NCBI GenBank assembly: GCA_963808895.1
Contig: CAWEHL010000004.1
Coordinates: 559,972 to 623,971, forward strand
Source: an uncultured Chloroflexia bacterium
GTDB lineage: Bacteria > Chloroflexota > Limnocylindria > Limnocylindrales > CSP1-4
Length of the DNA stretch: 64,000 bases
Direction: 5' to 3'
The first letter of the stretch is position 1. Each line of letters opens with the position of its first letter. The translations under genes were made by a program, and so were the position numbers. Positions 37,090 to 45,981 of the stretch are shown here, piece after piece. Below the pieces are notes generated by a model. The model was not told where the DNA came from. It saw only the letters and a list, made by a program, of their open reading frames with translations, and ran no database searches.

Positions 37090-38052
37090 TCAGCGGACCT
37101 TCTGCTCGCTCACCAGGAGGTCGCGTCGCGACCCGAACCGGTCGATGATCCGGTAGAAGTTCCGCTTGGACTGCCGGGTCCGCTCCTCCTCCGGGAGGCT
37201 TTCCCAGCCGCGGTGCTCGTGGCGGACCGCCGGGATGTCGGCGACGCGGACCGCGCGCCGCGGCCCGTTCCCCTCCCCGGCATCCCGCAGCACGAGGCTC
37301 CACCAGATGTCGAGGTTCCGATAGAACCGGAACCGTTCGTCGAGCGGCCCGCGATCAGCGGCGTCGTCCCGACGGAACGCGAGCAGGTAGCCCTCGATGG
37401 CGTCGACGTCGCCTGGCGGCGCATCCTCGAACGTCCGCAGGTCGGTCGACGTGATGCCCCATCCACCGGCGACGGCTACGGCGGGGTCATCCAGGGCGCC
37501 GACGAGCGGCGTGATCACGTCGCCGGTCGGTTCGATGCTCGTGTCCATGAGCACGACCACGGGCGCGGATGCGCGCCGGAGCCCGATATTGGTGGCCGCG
37601 CCCTGGCCCAGCCGTTCGCTCGTCCAGACGATGTCGACCCCGCCGTCGGCCAGAGCGTCGAGTGCAGACGTCGCCTCGTCCGACGGTCCGTCCCCGACCA
37701 CGACGATCGACGTGCCCTCGGGCGAGGTCGCGCGGAGCGACCCGACGGCACGCTCGACATCGGTCGGCCAGTCGGTCGCGATCAGCACGACGGTGGCCAG
37801 ACCGACCGGCGGTTCGTCGAAACGGGACGGGACGTTCCGAGAGGCGCCGTAGCGAACGCGTTCGCCCTCGTCGCGATCGGCCGGCGCGGCTGGCGAGAGG
37901 GCGAAGTCGGTCCCTCGGTCGACGATCGTCCAGCCGGCAGCCTCGATCTCACCACGAAGCCGGTCGGCCGTGGCCCAGTCGCGCTCGGCGCGCGCCTTGG
38001 ACCGGTCGTGCGCGGCGGAGAGGACCTCGTCGGGAATCCGCTGCCGGTTCAC
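37090..38052 (-). CDS. family 2 glycosyltransferase with N-terminal domain resembling the CysRS C-terminal domain
   Basis: N-terminus ARAERDWATADRLRGEIEAAGWTIVDRGTDFAL parallels cysS C-terminus ARAARDYARADALRDRIGDAGFDVIDGPEGSTA; GT2 core VVLIATDW...SIVVVGDGPSDE...DTS; convergent with cysS. Confidence 0.7.
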   Translation of the reverse strand: MNRQRIPDEVLSAAHDRSKARAERDWATADRLRGEIEAAGWTIVDRGTDFALSPAAPADRDEGERVRYGASRNVPSRFDEPPVGLATVVLIATDWPTDVERAVGSLRATSPEGTSIVVVGDGPSDEATSALDALADGGVDIVWTSERLGQGAATNIGLRRASAPVVVLMDTSIEPTGDVITPLVGALDDPAVAVAGGWGITSTDLRTFEDAPPGDVDAIEGYLLAFRRDDAADRGPLDERFRFYRNLDIWWSLVLRDAGEGNGPRRAVRVADIPAVRHEHRGWESLPEEERTRQSKRNFYRIIDRFGSRRDLLVSEQKVR

Positions 38053-38083
38053 CTCGATCCCGTCGCTCGGCGACCGCTGCCGA

Positions 38084-38788
38084 TCAGCTGCGCCGCGCCA
38101 GGGTGATGTAGTAGAGCAGCGTCAGGATCGCGGTCACGGCCGCGGCAACGTACGTCAGCGCCGCCGCGGTCAGCATCGATCGGGCGCCGTCGTGTTCCTT
38201 CTGCGACGTGATGATGCCGGTCTCCTGGAGCATGGCGAGCGCCTTCCGGCTCGCCTGGATCTCGACCGGCAGCGTCGCCACCGAGAACAGCACGGCTATC
38301 CCGAACAGGAGGATGCCGACGGTGAACAGGCCCGTCGCGTTGAGGATCAGCCCACCGATGATGAACAGGTATGCGATCTGTGGACCGACCATCGCCGCGG
38401 GGACGAGCAGCGACCGGATCTGCATCCAGGCACTTCCCTCGGCCAGCTGGGCGGCGTGGCCGACCTCGTGCGCGGCGACGGCCATGGACGCGATGGAGGG
38501 TCGGCTCGCCACCGCCTGCGACAGCGACAACGACCGGTCGCGCGGATCGAAGTGGTCCGACAGGTCGCCCTGGACGACCTTGATCGCCGTGATCGCCTGC
38601 TGGCCGGGCACGTTCCCGAACCGGGCACGCTCACGAAGGACCTCGGCGACCTGGGCGCCATTGAGGACCGCCGCGTTCGGGACACGGTTCCAGCGGGCGT
38701 ATGTCGAGCGGATGTACAGCTGCGCGCCGCCCGAGATCACGAGCGTCGCGACGATGACGATGAGATAGAGGGGGTCGAAGAAGAACAC
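38084..38788 (-). CDS. membrane zinc metallopeptidase (neutral zinc metallopeptidase family)
   Basis: TM helices and HEVGHAAQ HExxH. Confidence 0.85.
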   Translation of the reverse strand: MFFFDPLYLIVIVATLVISGGAQLYIRSTYARWNRVPNAAVLNGAQVAEVLRERARFGNVPGQQAITAIKVVQGDLSDHFDPRDRSLSLSQAVASRPSIASMAVAAHEVGHAAQLAEGSAWMQIRSLLVPAAMVGPQIAYLFIIGGLILNATGLFTVGILLFGIAVLFSVATLPVEIQASRKALAMLQETGIITSQKEHDGARSMLTAAALTYVAAAVTAILTLLYYITLARRS

Positions 38789-38907
38789 GTTCGGGTGCTC
38801 CGCTATGCGATGCGAGGCGCCACCTGCCGTGACGCTGTCGACATCCTACGGCCTCGTCCCTGAGAGCCTCATGAAGTCGACATGAAGAAGCGCGAACGAT
38901 CCGCCCC

Positions 38908-39126
38908 TCACTTCGGTGGCTGCTCCCCGGCGGCCACCTTCGCGACGATCCAGCGGATGCCGTCCTCCCAGCTCTGGGCGCTCGGCTCGAGGCCTCGTCG
39001 GGCGGCTTCCGATTCCCACGCATCGCACCACCGGCCGACGGCGTAGGCCGGCACTTGGAGGGTCAACAGGCGCGCCTTCGTGAGGATGCGAAGGGCCGTC
39101 TCGACGCGTGGCCGGTCGCCAGACAT
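38908..39126 (-). CDS. hypothetical protein
   Basis: MSGDRPRVETALRILTKARLLTLQVPAYAVGRWCDAWESEAARRGLEPSAQSWEDGIRWIV; no domain recognised. Confidence 0.3.
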   Translation of the reverse strand: MSGDRPRVETALRILTKARLLTLQVPAYAVGRWCDAWESEAARRGLEPSAQSWEDGIRWIVAKVAAGEQPPK

Positions 39127-39162
39127 GCGCGGGATGGTACGTCGAGCGGTTACGCTCGGGCC

Positions 39163-39627
39163 GTGAACACCCTCGATGTCCTCATGTACGGCCAACGCAC
39201 CGTCCGCTCGACCATCGACCGCTATGGACCCGACGATTGGGGCCGCATCGCCCTGGGCGTCTGGACGGCCAAGGATCTGCTCGGTCACCTCGGAGCCTTC
39301 GAGGTCCGCTTCGCCGACGTCCTGGCCGGGTTCGTCGGGGAGCCGGCTGAGAGCGATCTCCAGTCAGCAGATTCGCGCACGTTCAACGACGATCAGGCGG
39401 CGATCCGCAAGGACTGGTCGATCGACCGGGTCCGCGGCGAGTTCCTCGACGCGCACGAGCGCGTCATGCGCCACGCCGCCGCGGTCGCGCCCGAGACGTG
39501 GCGTGAGGTCGGCACGATCCCGTGGTACGGGCCCGAGTACAGCCTTGACGACCTCGTCGTCTACCAGATGTACGGCCACAAGCGCGAGCACGATCCGCAG
39601 CTGGGCGCCGTGCTGGAGGCGCGCTAG
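39163..39627 (+). CDS. DinB_2 / mycothiol maleylpyruvate isomerase N-terminal domain family protein
   Basis: TAKDLLGHLGAFEVRFADVL... pattern; GTG start at 39163. Confidence 0.65.
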   Translation: MNTLDVLMYGQRTVRSTIDRYGPDDWGRIALGVWTAKDLLGHLGAFEVRFADVLAGFVGEPAESDLQSADSRTFNDDQAAIRKDWSIDRVRGEFLDAHERVMRHAAAVAPETWREVGTIPWYGPEYSLDDLVVYQMYGHKREHDPQLGAVLEAR

Positions 39628-40094
39628 GTCGAGGCTCGCGACTCGGCCCCGGCGGCCGCGTCCTGCGGTCGGTCGCGTTCGACCGTCGATAGCGCGTCGA
39701 GGATCGCGGCGATGACCTCGGTCGTCGATGCCGCCGGCAGGTCGAGCCGGACCGTCGCCGACTGCGCCATCATCGGGTTATAGGTCCCGGCCTTCCCGGC
39801 CATGTTCCGAAAGTCGGTCCGGACCAGCACGATCGGCTTCCGGCAGCCATAGGCATAGCCGACTTCCCAGCAGGTCCCGGAATCGGGATCGGGGCCGTCC
39901 ATGATCGCCACGAGCCCGTCCGCCCAGTCGATGCCACCGACGTCGGTGGCGAAGATGCCAGCCGCGTCCTTGCCCGGCTCCTGCTCCTGCGGCAGGAAGA
40001 TCTCGTGGCCGGCGGCGCGCAAGGCTGCGACGACGTCCACGTTCCACGTCCGCTCCGGGGTCGTGAACAAGGGACCGGCGAAATAGAGCTTCAT
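39624..40094 (-). CDS. nucleoside 2-deoxyribosyltransferase family protein
   Basis: MKLYFAGPLFTTPERTWN...GHEIFLPQ; ...GTCWEVGYAYG. Confidence 0.8.
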   Translation of the reverse strand: MKLYFAGPLFTTPERTWNVDVVAALRAAGHEIFLPQEQEPGKDAAGIFATDVGGIDWADGLVAIMDGPDPDSGTCWEVGYAYGCRKPIVLVRTDFRNMAGKAGTYNPMMAQSATVRLDLPAASTTEVIAAILDALSTVERDRPQDAAAGAESRAST

Positions 40095-40112
40095 GGGGCG
40101 AGTATCGCGGAG

Positions 40113-40823
40113 TCAGCCCGCCCCGAGGTGGTCGCGAAGGAAGGCGACCGACCGATCGAACGCGAGATCGGCAGCATCGACCCGATATTCGGGGCGCGAC
40201 GGCTCGGCGAACCAGTGGCCCGTGCCGGGGTAGCGGTAGGTGACGATCTCGCGACCGGCGCGTTCATAGGCATCTTCGAGGGCGCGGATGTCGTCCTCGG
40301 AGGTGAACGGATCCGCTTCGGCGAAATGGCCGATCAGCGGCGCGTCCGCCTCACCGACGAAGTCGCCCACCCAACTGCCGTAGTAGGCGACCGTGGCCTG
40401 GACACGATTCCGCAGCGACGGCGCCCAGATCGCATACGACGCACCGAACGACCACCCGAGGACGGCGATCGGCGCGCCGGGGAGCTCGCCCGCCAGCCGG
40501 TCGATCGCCGCCCATGCGACGTCGCCGGCGATCCCCTCGTCCCCCTCCTGTGAGAGGCGCTCCGCGTCATCGGGGCTGGTCGCGACCTGACCCCGGAACA
40601 TGTCGGGCGCGATCACGGCGAAGCCGGCGTCGACGAGCCGATCCGAGTACGCGACGACGTCATCGTTGAGGCCCCACCAAGCGTGGAGCACGACGACCCC
40701 GATCCGGGCGTCGTCGGGAACGCGAAGGTAGGCGCGCACCGTGTCCGCGCCAACGGTCAGCTGTTCGAAGTCAGTCACCTGCTGGACGTCCTCCCAAGGG
40801 TGTACCCGATTCTGACAGCCCAC
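40113..40823 (-). CDS. dienelactone hydrolase family protein
   Basis: VVVLHAWWGLNDDV, GFAVIAPDMFRG, LGWSFGA. Confidence 0.85.
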   Translation of the reverse strand: MGCQNRVHPWEDVQQVTDFEQLTVGADTVRAYLRVPDDARIGVVVLHAWWGLNDDVVAYSDRLVDAGFAVIAPDMFRGQVATSPDDAERLSQEGDEGIAGDVAWAAIDRLAGELPGAPIAVLGWSFGASYAIWAPSLRNRVQATVAYYGSWVGDFVGEADAPLIGHFAEADPFTSEDDIRALEDAYERAGREIVTYRYPGTGHWFAEPSRPEYRVDAADLAFDRSVAFLRDHLGAG

Positions 40824-40867
40824 CCGCGAGAACGTGGCCGCAGTACTCCGCGTCTATCGGTAATCTG

Positions 40868-43264
40868 GTGCTTCCCATGACGACCGCCGCACGAACCGAC
40901 ACGCCCGCGTCCGAGCACATCGCCGACAGCCACGACCTCATCCGCGTCCAGGGCGCCCGCGAGAACAATCTCAAGGACATCAGCGTCGAGCTGCCGAAGC
41001 GTCGATTGACCGTGTTCACCGGCGTTTCCGGATCCGGCAAGAGCTCGCTGGTGTTCGACACGATCGCCGCCGAGTCGCAGCGGATGATCAACGAGACCTA
41101 CAGCACGTTCGTGCAGAACTTCATGCCCACGCTCGCCCGCCCGGACGTCGATGTCCTCGAGGGGCTGACCACGGCGATCATCGTCGACCAGGAACGGATG
41201 GGCGCGAACGTGCGCTCGACCGTCGGGACGGCGACCGATGCCAACGCGATGCTGCGCATCCTGTTCAGCCGGCTGGGCCAGCCGCACGTCGGTTCGCCGC
41301 AGGCCTTCTCGTTCAACATCCCGTCGGTCAAGGGCGCCGGGGCGGTCGTCATCCAGCGCGGCGCCGGCAAGCCGGTCAAGGAGAGCCGCAGCTTCGAATT
41401 GACGGGCGGCATGTGCCCTCGCTGCGAGGGCATCGGGAGCGTCACCGATATCGACCTGACCGAGCTGTACGACGCGACCAAGTCGCTGTCGGAGGGTGCG
41501 ATCAAGGTCCCCGGCTACACCCCCGACGGATGGGCGACGCGAATCTTCGTGGCCGCCGGGCTCGACCCGAACAAGAAGATCGCCGACTACACGGATGCCG
41601 AGCTCGATCGGTTCCTCCGGCAGGAGGCCACCAAGGTCAAGGTCGAGGGCATCAACCTCACCTACGAAGGTCTCGTCCCGAAGGTCCAGAAGACCATGCT
41701 GTCCAAGGACCGCGAAGCGATGCAGCCACACATCCGTGCCTTTGCGGATCGGGCGGTGACGTTCATGCCCTGCCCGGACTGCGGCGGCACCCGGCTCAAC
41801 GATGGCGCTCGCTCGTCGCGGATCGGCGACATCAACATCGCCGACGCCTGCGCGATGCAGATCAGCGACCTCGCCGAGTGGGTCCGGAGGCTCGATGAAC
41901 CGTCGGTCGGCCCGCTGCTGGCCAACCTGCGCGATCTGCTCGACTCGTTCGTCGAGATCGGGCTCGGCTACCTGTCGCTCGACCGGTCGGCCGGCACGCT
42001 CTCCGGCGGCGAGGCCCAGCGCACGAAGATGATCCGCCACCTCGGGTCGTCGCTGACCGACGTGACGTACGTCTTCGACGAGCCCACGATCGGCCTGCAC
42101 CCGCACGACATCCAGCGGATGAACGACCTGCTCCGTCAGCTGCGGGACAAGGGCAACACCGTGCTCGTGGTCGAGCACAAGCCCGAAACCATCGAGATCG
42201 CCGATCACGTCGTGGACCTCGGCCCGGGCGCCGGCACGGGAGGCGGCGAAGTCGTGTTCGAGGGCACGGTCGACGAGCTGCGGTCCAGCGGCACCCTCAC
42301 GGGTCGGCACCTGGACGATCGCGCGTCGCTGAAGTCATCCGTCCGCACGGCGACCGACCGGCTCGAGATCCGCGGTGCCAGCACGAACAATCTCCAAAAC
42401 GTCGACGTCGACATCCCGCTCGGCATGCTCGTGGTGGTCACGGGCGTGGCAGGCTCCGGCAAGAGCTCGTTGATCCACGGGTCCGTGGCGGGTCGTGAGG
42501 GCGTCGTCTCGATCGATCAGGGGGCGATCCACGGCTCGCGCCGCAGCAACCCGGCGACGTACACCGGGCTCCTCGAGCCCATCCGCAAGGCGTTCGCGAA
42601 GGCGAACGGCGTCAAGCCCGCGCTCTTCAGCGCCAACTCCGAGGGTGCCTGCCCGAATTGCAACGGTGCGGGCGTCATCTACACGGAGCTCGGGATCATG
42701 GCCACCGTCGAGACCGTCTGCGAGGTCTGCGGCGGCAAGCGGTTCCAGGCCGACGTGCTCGACTACCACCTCGGCGGACGCGACATCAGCGAAGTGCTGG
42801 CGATGTCGGTGACCGAGGCGGAGGCATTCTTCGGCTCGGGCGACGCGAAGACGCCCGCCGCGCACGCGATCCTCGATCGACTCGCCGATGTCGGGCTCGG
42901 CTACCTGACGATCGGTCAGCCGCTCACGACGCTTTCCGGCGGCGAGCGCCAGCGTCTCAAGCTGGCGACCCACATGGCGGAGACCGGTGGCATCTACATC
43001 CTCGACGAGCCGACGTCGGGCCTCCACCTGGCCGACGTCGAGCAGCTCCTGCGCCTGCTCGATCGACTGGTCGAATCAGGGAAGTCGGTCATCGTGATCG
43101 AGCACCATCAGGCCGTGATGGCACACGCAGACTGGATAATCGACCTTGGCCCCGGCGCGGGCCACGATGGCGGGAAGGTCGTGTTCGAGGGGACGCCGGC
43201 AGACATCGTCGCTGCGCGGTCCACGCTCACTGGGCAGCACCTCGCCGATTACATCCGGGCCTGA
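40868..43264 (+). CDS. UvrA-like ABC ATPase, class II (798 aa; lacks the UvrB-binding and insertion domains of canonical UvrA)
   Basis: two ABC ATPase modules with zinc-finger C-pairs (CPRCEGIG, CPDCGGTR, CPNCNGAG, CEVCGGKRF), signature LSGGEAQR/LSGGERQR; intact. Confidence 0.9.
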   Translation: MLPMTTAARTDTPASEHIADSHDLIRVQGARENNLKDISVELPKRRLTVFTGVSGSGKSSLVFDTIAAESQRMINETYSTFVQNFMPTLARPDVDVLEGLTTAIIVDQERMGANVRSTVGTATDANAMLRILFSRLGQPHVGSPQAFSFNIPSVKGAGAVVIQRGAGKPVKESRSFELTGGMCPRCEGIGSVTDIDLTELYDATKSLSEGAIKVPGYTPDGWATRIFVAAGLDPNKKIADYTDAELDRFLRQEATKVKVEGINLTYEGLVPKVQKTMLSKDREAMQPHIRAFADRAVTFMPCPDCGGTRLNDGARSSRIGDINIADACAMQISDLAEWVRRLDEPSVGPLLANLRDLLDSFVEIGLGYLSLDRSAGTLSGGEAQRTKMIRHLGSSLTDVTYVFDEPTIGLHPHDIQRMNDLLRQLRDKGNTVLVVEHKPETIEIADHVVDLGPGAGTGGGEVVFEGTVDELRSSGTLTGRHLDDRASLKSSVRTATDRLEIRGASTNNLQNVDVDIPLGMLVVVTGVAGSGKSSLIHGSVAGREGVVSIDQGAIHGSRRSNPATYTGLLEPIRKAFAKANGVKPALFSANSEGACPNCNGAGVIYTELGIMATVETVCEVCGGKRFQADVLDYHLGGRDISEVLAMSVTEAEAFFGSGDAKTPAAHAILDRLADVGLGYLTIGQPLTTLSGGERQRLKLATHMAETGGIYILDEPTSGLHLADVEQLLRLLDRLVESGKSVIVIEHHQAVMAHADWIIDLGPGAGHDGGKVVFEGTPADIVAARSTLTGQHLADYIRA

Positions 43265-43312
43265 GCGCGACCCTTGTCAGTCGGGCGACGCTACGGCGCC
43301 TGGCGGTCCGTG

Positions 43313-44107
43313 TCAGGGAGCGGGAGGGCCGATCAAGCGCTGGACGTCGAGGAGCGCCTGCTGGCTGACGTTCAGCAACCCCTCCTGCGGGCGGTCGAGG
43401 TCGACCACCAGGATCGTGACGACGCCGATGACGACGATCAACACGGTCGCGGTGAGCACGCTGCGGCGCCCCTTCAGGCCAGCGCTGTAGCCGACCATCG
43501 CCAGCGACAACGCCGAGCCCCCAAGCAGGAGGAACGTGATCGTCTCCGGTACGCGGGTATAGACGCCTGCGACGATCCGCTGCTCACTCACCGTAACGAT
43601 CCGCGTGAGCGAATCGCCGAGGGACGACATCAGGTCGGGGAAGTAGCCGGTCTGCGCGACGCGAACTTCGATGGTCCACATCTGCTGCGCCAGAGCGGCA
43701 GACTTCACGATGTTCGCCGGCACCTGGGTCGGGTCCTCGACGATCCGAAGCGGTAGATACGCTCGGAGCAGCGCCATGAGCTGCTCGGCGTCCGCCTTCG
43801 GGAGGTAGTCGGCTCGCTGGTATGCCGTGGCGATCGCGTTCGCCTCCTCCACGACCAGTGCGCGCCGCGCGTCATGTCGATCCACCGCGAGGCCCATGGT
43901 GATCGCAAGGATGAACGCGATCAGCCCGAGCAGCGACCCGACCAGCAGGTCAGTAGGCCCCTCTTGCTCGCCCGGCTCGCGCGCCTGCCACCACACGCCC
44001 ACGCGGAAACCGATCTCGAAACATACCAACGAGACGACGATGAACAAGATGAAGACGATGCCGATCGGGATCGGGTCGAGCAGACCCTGGTTCATCACCC
44101 CTCCCAC
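43313..44107 (-). CDS. DUF4239-like membrane protein
   Basis: N- and C-terminal TM helices; family assignment tentative. Confidence 0.55.
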   Translation of the reverse strand: MGGVMNQGLLDPIPIGIVFILFIVVSLVCFEIGFRVGVWWQAREPGEQEGPTDLLVGSLLGLIAFILAITMGLAVDRHDARRALVVEEANAIATAYQRADYLPKADAEQLMALLRAYLPLRIVEDPTQVPANIVKSAALAQQMWTIEVRVAQTGYFPDLMSSLGDSLTRIVTVSEQRIVAGVYTRVPETITFLLLGGSALSLAMVGYSAGLKGRRSVLTATVLIVVIGVVTILVVDLDRPQEGLLNVSQQALLDVQRLIGPPAP

Positions 44108-44329
44108 CGAGATGCGTCGCCCCGCAGCGGCTGATGACGGGCCAGCCTTGGCGGCATCCTATCGAGGGAGTGTCACCGGGACCATAAGGCCGGTTGCTTG
44201 AGCGCGATGCCGGGGTAGGTTGGGAAGGTCGGGTTCGGCGGCGTGGCGTCGCGAGCCCGGGGACGGGCATCCGGGGGAGGATTTCGGGCTCGTCCTGCAC
44301 CACTGCCGATCGGCAGGGAGGTTTCCCGC

Positions 44330-45211
44330 ATGAGACGAACCCGTCTCGGCGTCGCGCTGGGCTTCATCGCAGCCATCGTGTTCGCCGGCAGCACCCAGGC
44401 CTTCACCGGAGCTTCCAACGGCAGCTTCGAGACCGGTGCCTACGCGGACAACGGCAGCGGTTTCGAGCAGCTCGACGCTCCGGATACGAGCATCGATGGC
44501 TGGAGCGTCGACTCCGGCAGCGTCGACTGGGTCGGCACCTACTGGACGGCTCCGGACGGTGCCATGAGCGTCGACTTGAGCGGGGCGGACGCCGGTTCGC
44601 TCAGCCAGACGTTCGACACCACGATCGGTAATACGTACACCGTGGCCTTCCTTCTCTCCGGGAACCCGGCAGGGCCTCCCTCGCTGAAGACGCTCGAGGT
44701 CAGTGCGACCGGCGGCACGACGGGCTTGTACAGCCATGACACCACTGGCAGCGATCTCACGACGATGGTGTGGACCCCGGAGACCTACTCGTTCCTCGCG
44801 ACGAGCGCGAGCACGACGATCACGTTCCAGAGCACCACTGCGGGCCCGTACGGTCCTGCCCTCGACAACGTCGTCGTGAGCGAGACCGTCCCGACCCAGG
44901 ACGAGTGCAAGAACGGTGGCTGGCAGTCGATGATCGACAACGCCGGCAACGGCTTCAAGAACCAGGGTGACTGCGTCAGCTACTTCGCGACGAAGGGCAA
45001 GAACCTCGGTGCCGTGCCGGCGGTCGCGCCGACGGAGGCCGCCGATACCGCTGACGCCGCGACCACATCGGTGAAGCACGCGAGCAAGCATGTCGAGAAG
45101 TCGACCGCCAAGGCCGAGCGACACGCGGCAACGTCAAAGGCAGACAGCAATGGCAAGAAGTCCGGGGCCAAGAGCCACGCTCACGCGTCCGGATCGAAGA
45201 AGCACAAGTAG
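44330..45211 (+). CDS. secreted choice-of-anchor C (DUF642-like) domain protein with Lys/Ala/Ser-rich C-tail
   Basis: gggagg SD; signal peptide; NGSFE...IDGWSVDSGSVDWVG...SVDLSG...YTVAFLLSGNP...YGPALDNVVVSE. Confidence 0.75.
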   Translation: MRRTRLGVALGFIAAIVFAGSTQAFTGASNGSFETGAYADNGSGFEQLDAPDTSIDGWSVDSGSVDWVGTYWTAPDGAMSVDLSGADAGSLSQTFDTTIGNTYTVAFLLSGNPAGPPSLKTLEVSATGGTTGLYSHDTTGSDLTTMVWTPETYSFLATSASTTITFQSTTAGPYGPALDNVVVSETVPTQDECKNGGWQSMIDNAGNGFKNQGDCVSYFATKGKNLGAVPAVAPTEAADTADAATTSVKHASKHVEKSTAKAERHAATSKADSNGKKSGAKSHAHASGSKKHK

Positions 45212-45278
45212 CGCCTGACGGCCTGAACACACGTCGACCCTCTCGGCCCGACCGAGGGGGTCGACTCGTTTTCCGGGG

Positions 45279-45884
45279 TCAGCCCGCGTTCCCGTAGGTC
45301 GGCCGGCCGGCCGCTCTGTACGTTTGGAGCATCACGCCCGACGCGGTCGACCGAGAGTCGACCAGCTCCAGCGCGTGTGCTTGACCGCGTTCGGGGAACA
45401 GCCGCAGGCCATCGCCGACGATGACCGGATAGATCCGCAGGTTCAGCTCGTCGACGAGGTCGCGCTCAAGCAGCCAGCGGAGCAACTCGCCGCTGCCGTG
45501 GACCTGGAGCTCGCGTCCGGGCTGGGCCTTGAGCTCGCGGACCGCCGCCTCGAGGTCACCGGAGATGACGCGGGTGTTCTGCCACGTTGGATCCTTCAGC
45601 GTCGTCGAGGGCACGTACTTGGGCAGCACGTTGATCCCATGTGAGACGGGGTCGCCCGCGTCGTGGAGCGGCCAGTACGGTTCCCAGATCTCCCAGGTCT
45701 TGCGCCCGAGCAGGAACGCGTCGGCGCGCTCGAACCATCCCGTCAGGAACTGCCAGCCCTCGTCGTCGCCATAGGCCGCCGTCCATCCGCCGCGGTCGAA
45801 CCCGTCGCGTCGATCCTCGTCGGGGCCGCCCGGGCCCTGATAGACGCCGTCGAGGGTGAGCATCATCGATGCGGTGAGCTTCAT
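45279..45884 (-). CDS. dihydrofolate reductase family protein (RibD C-terminal domain type)
   Basis: MKLTASMMLTLDGVYQGPGGP...GRKTWEIW...ELQVHGSGELLRWLLERDLVDELNLRIYPVIVGDG. Confidence 0.85.
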   Translation of the reverse strand: MKLTASMMLTLDGVYQGPGGPDEDRRDGFDRGGWTAAYGDDEGWQFLTGWFERADAFLLGRKTWEIWEPYWPLHDAGDPVSHGINVLPKYVPSTTLKDPTWQNTRVISGDLEAAVRELKAQPGRELQVHGSGELLRWLLERDLVDELNLRIYPVIVGDGLRLFPERGQAHALELVDSRSTASGVMLQTYRAAGRPTYGNAG

Positions 45885-45981
45885 GGGTATCGCTCCTGGC
45901 GGCTTCCTTCGACGCTAGGCTACCTTCGAAGCCCGGATCAACGGTGGGCGTGCAACGGAGGCGGTTGCGCGGTTTCCCGAC

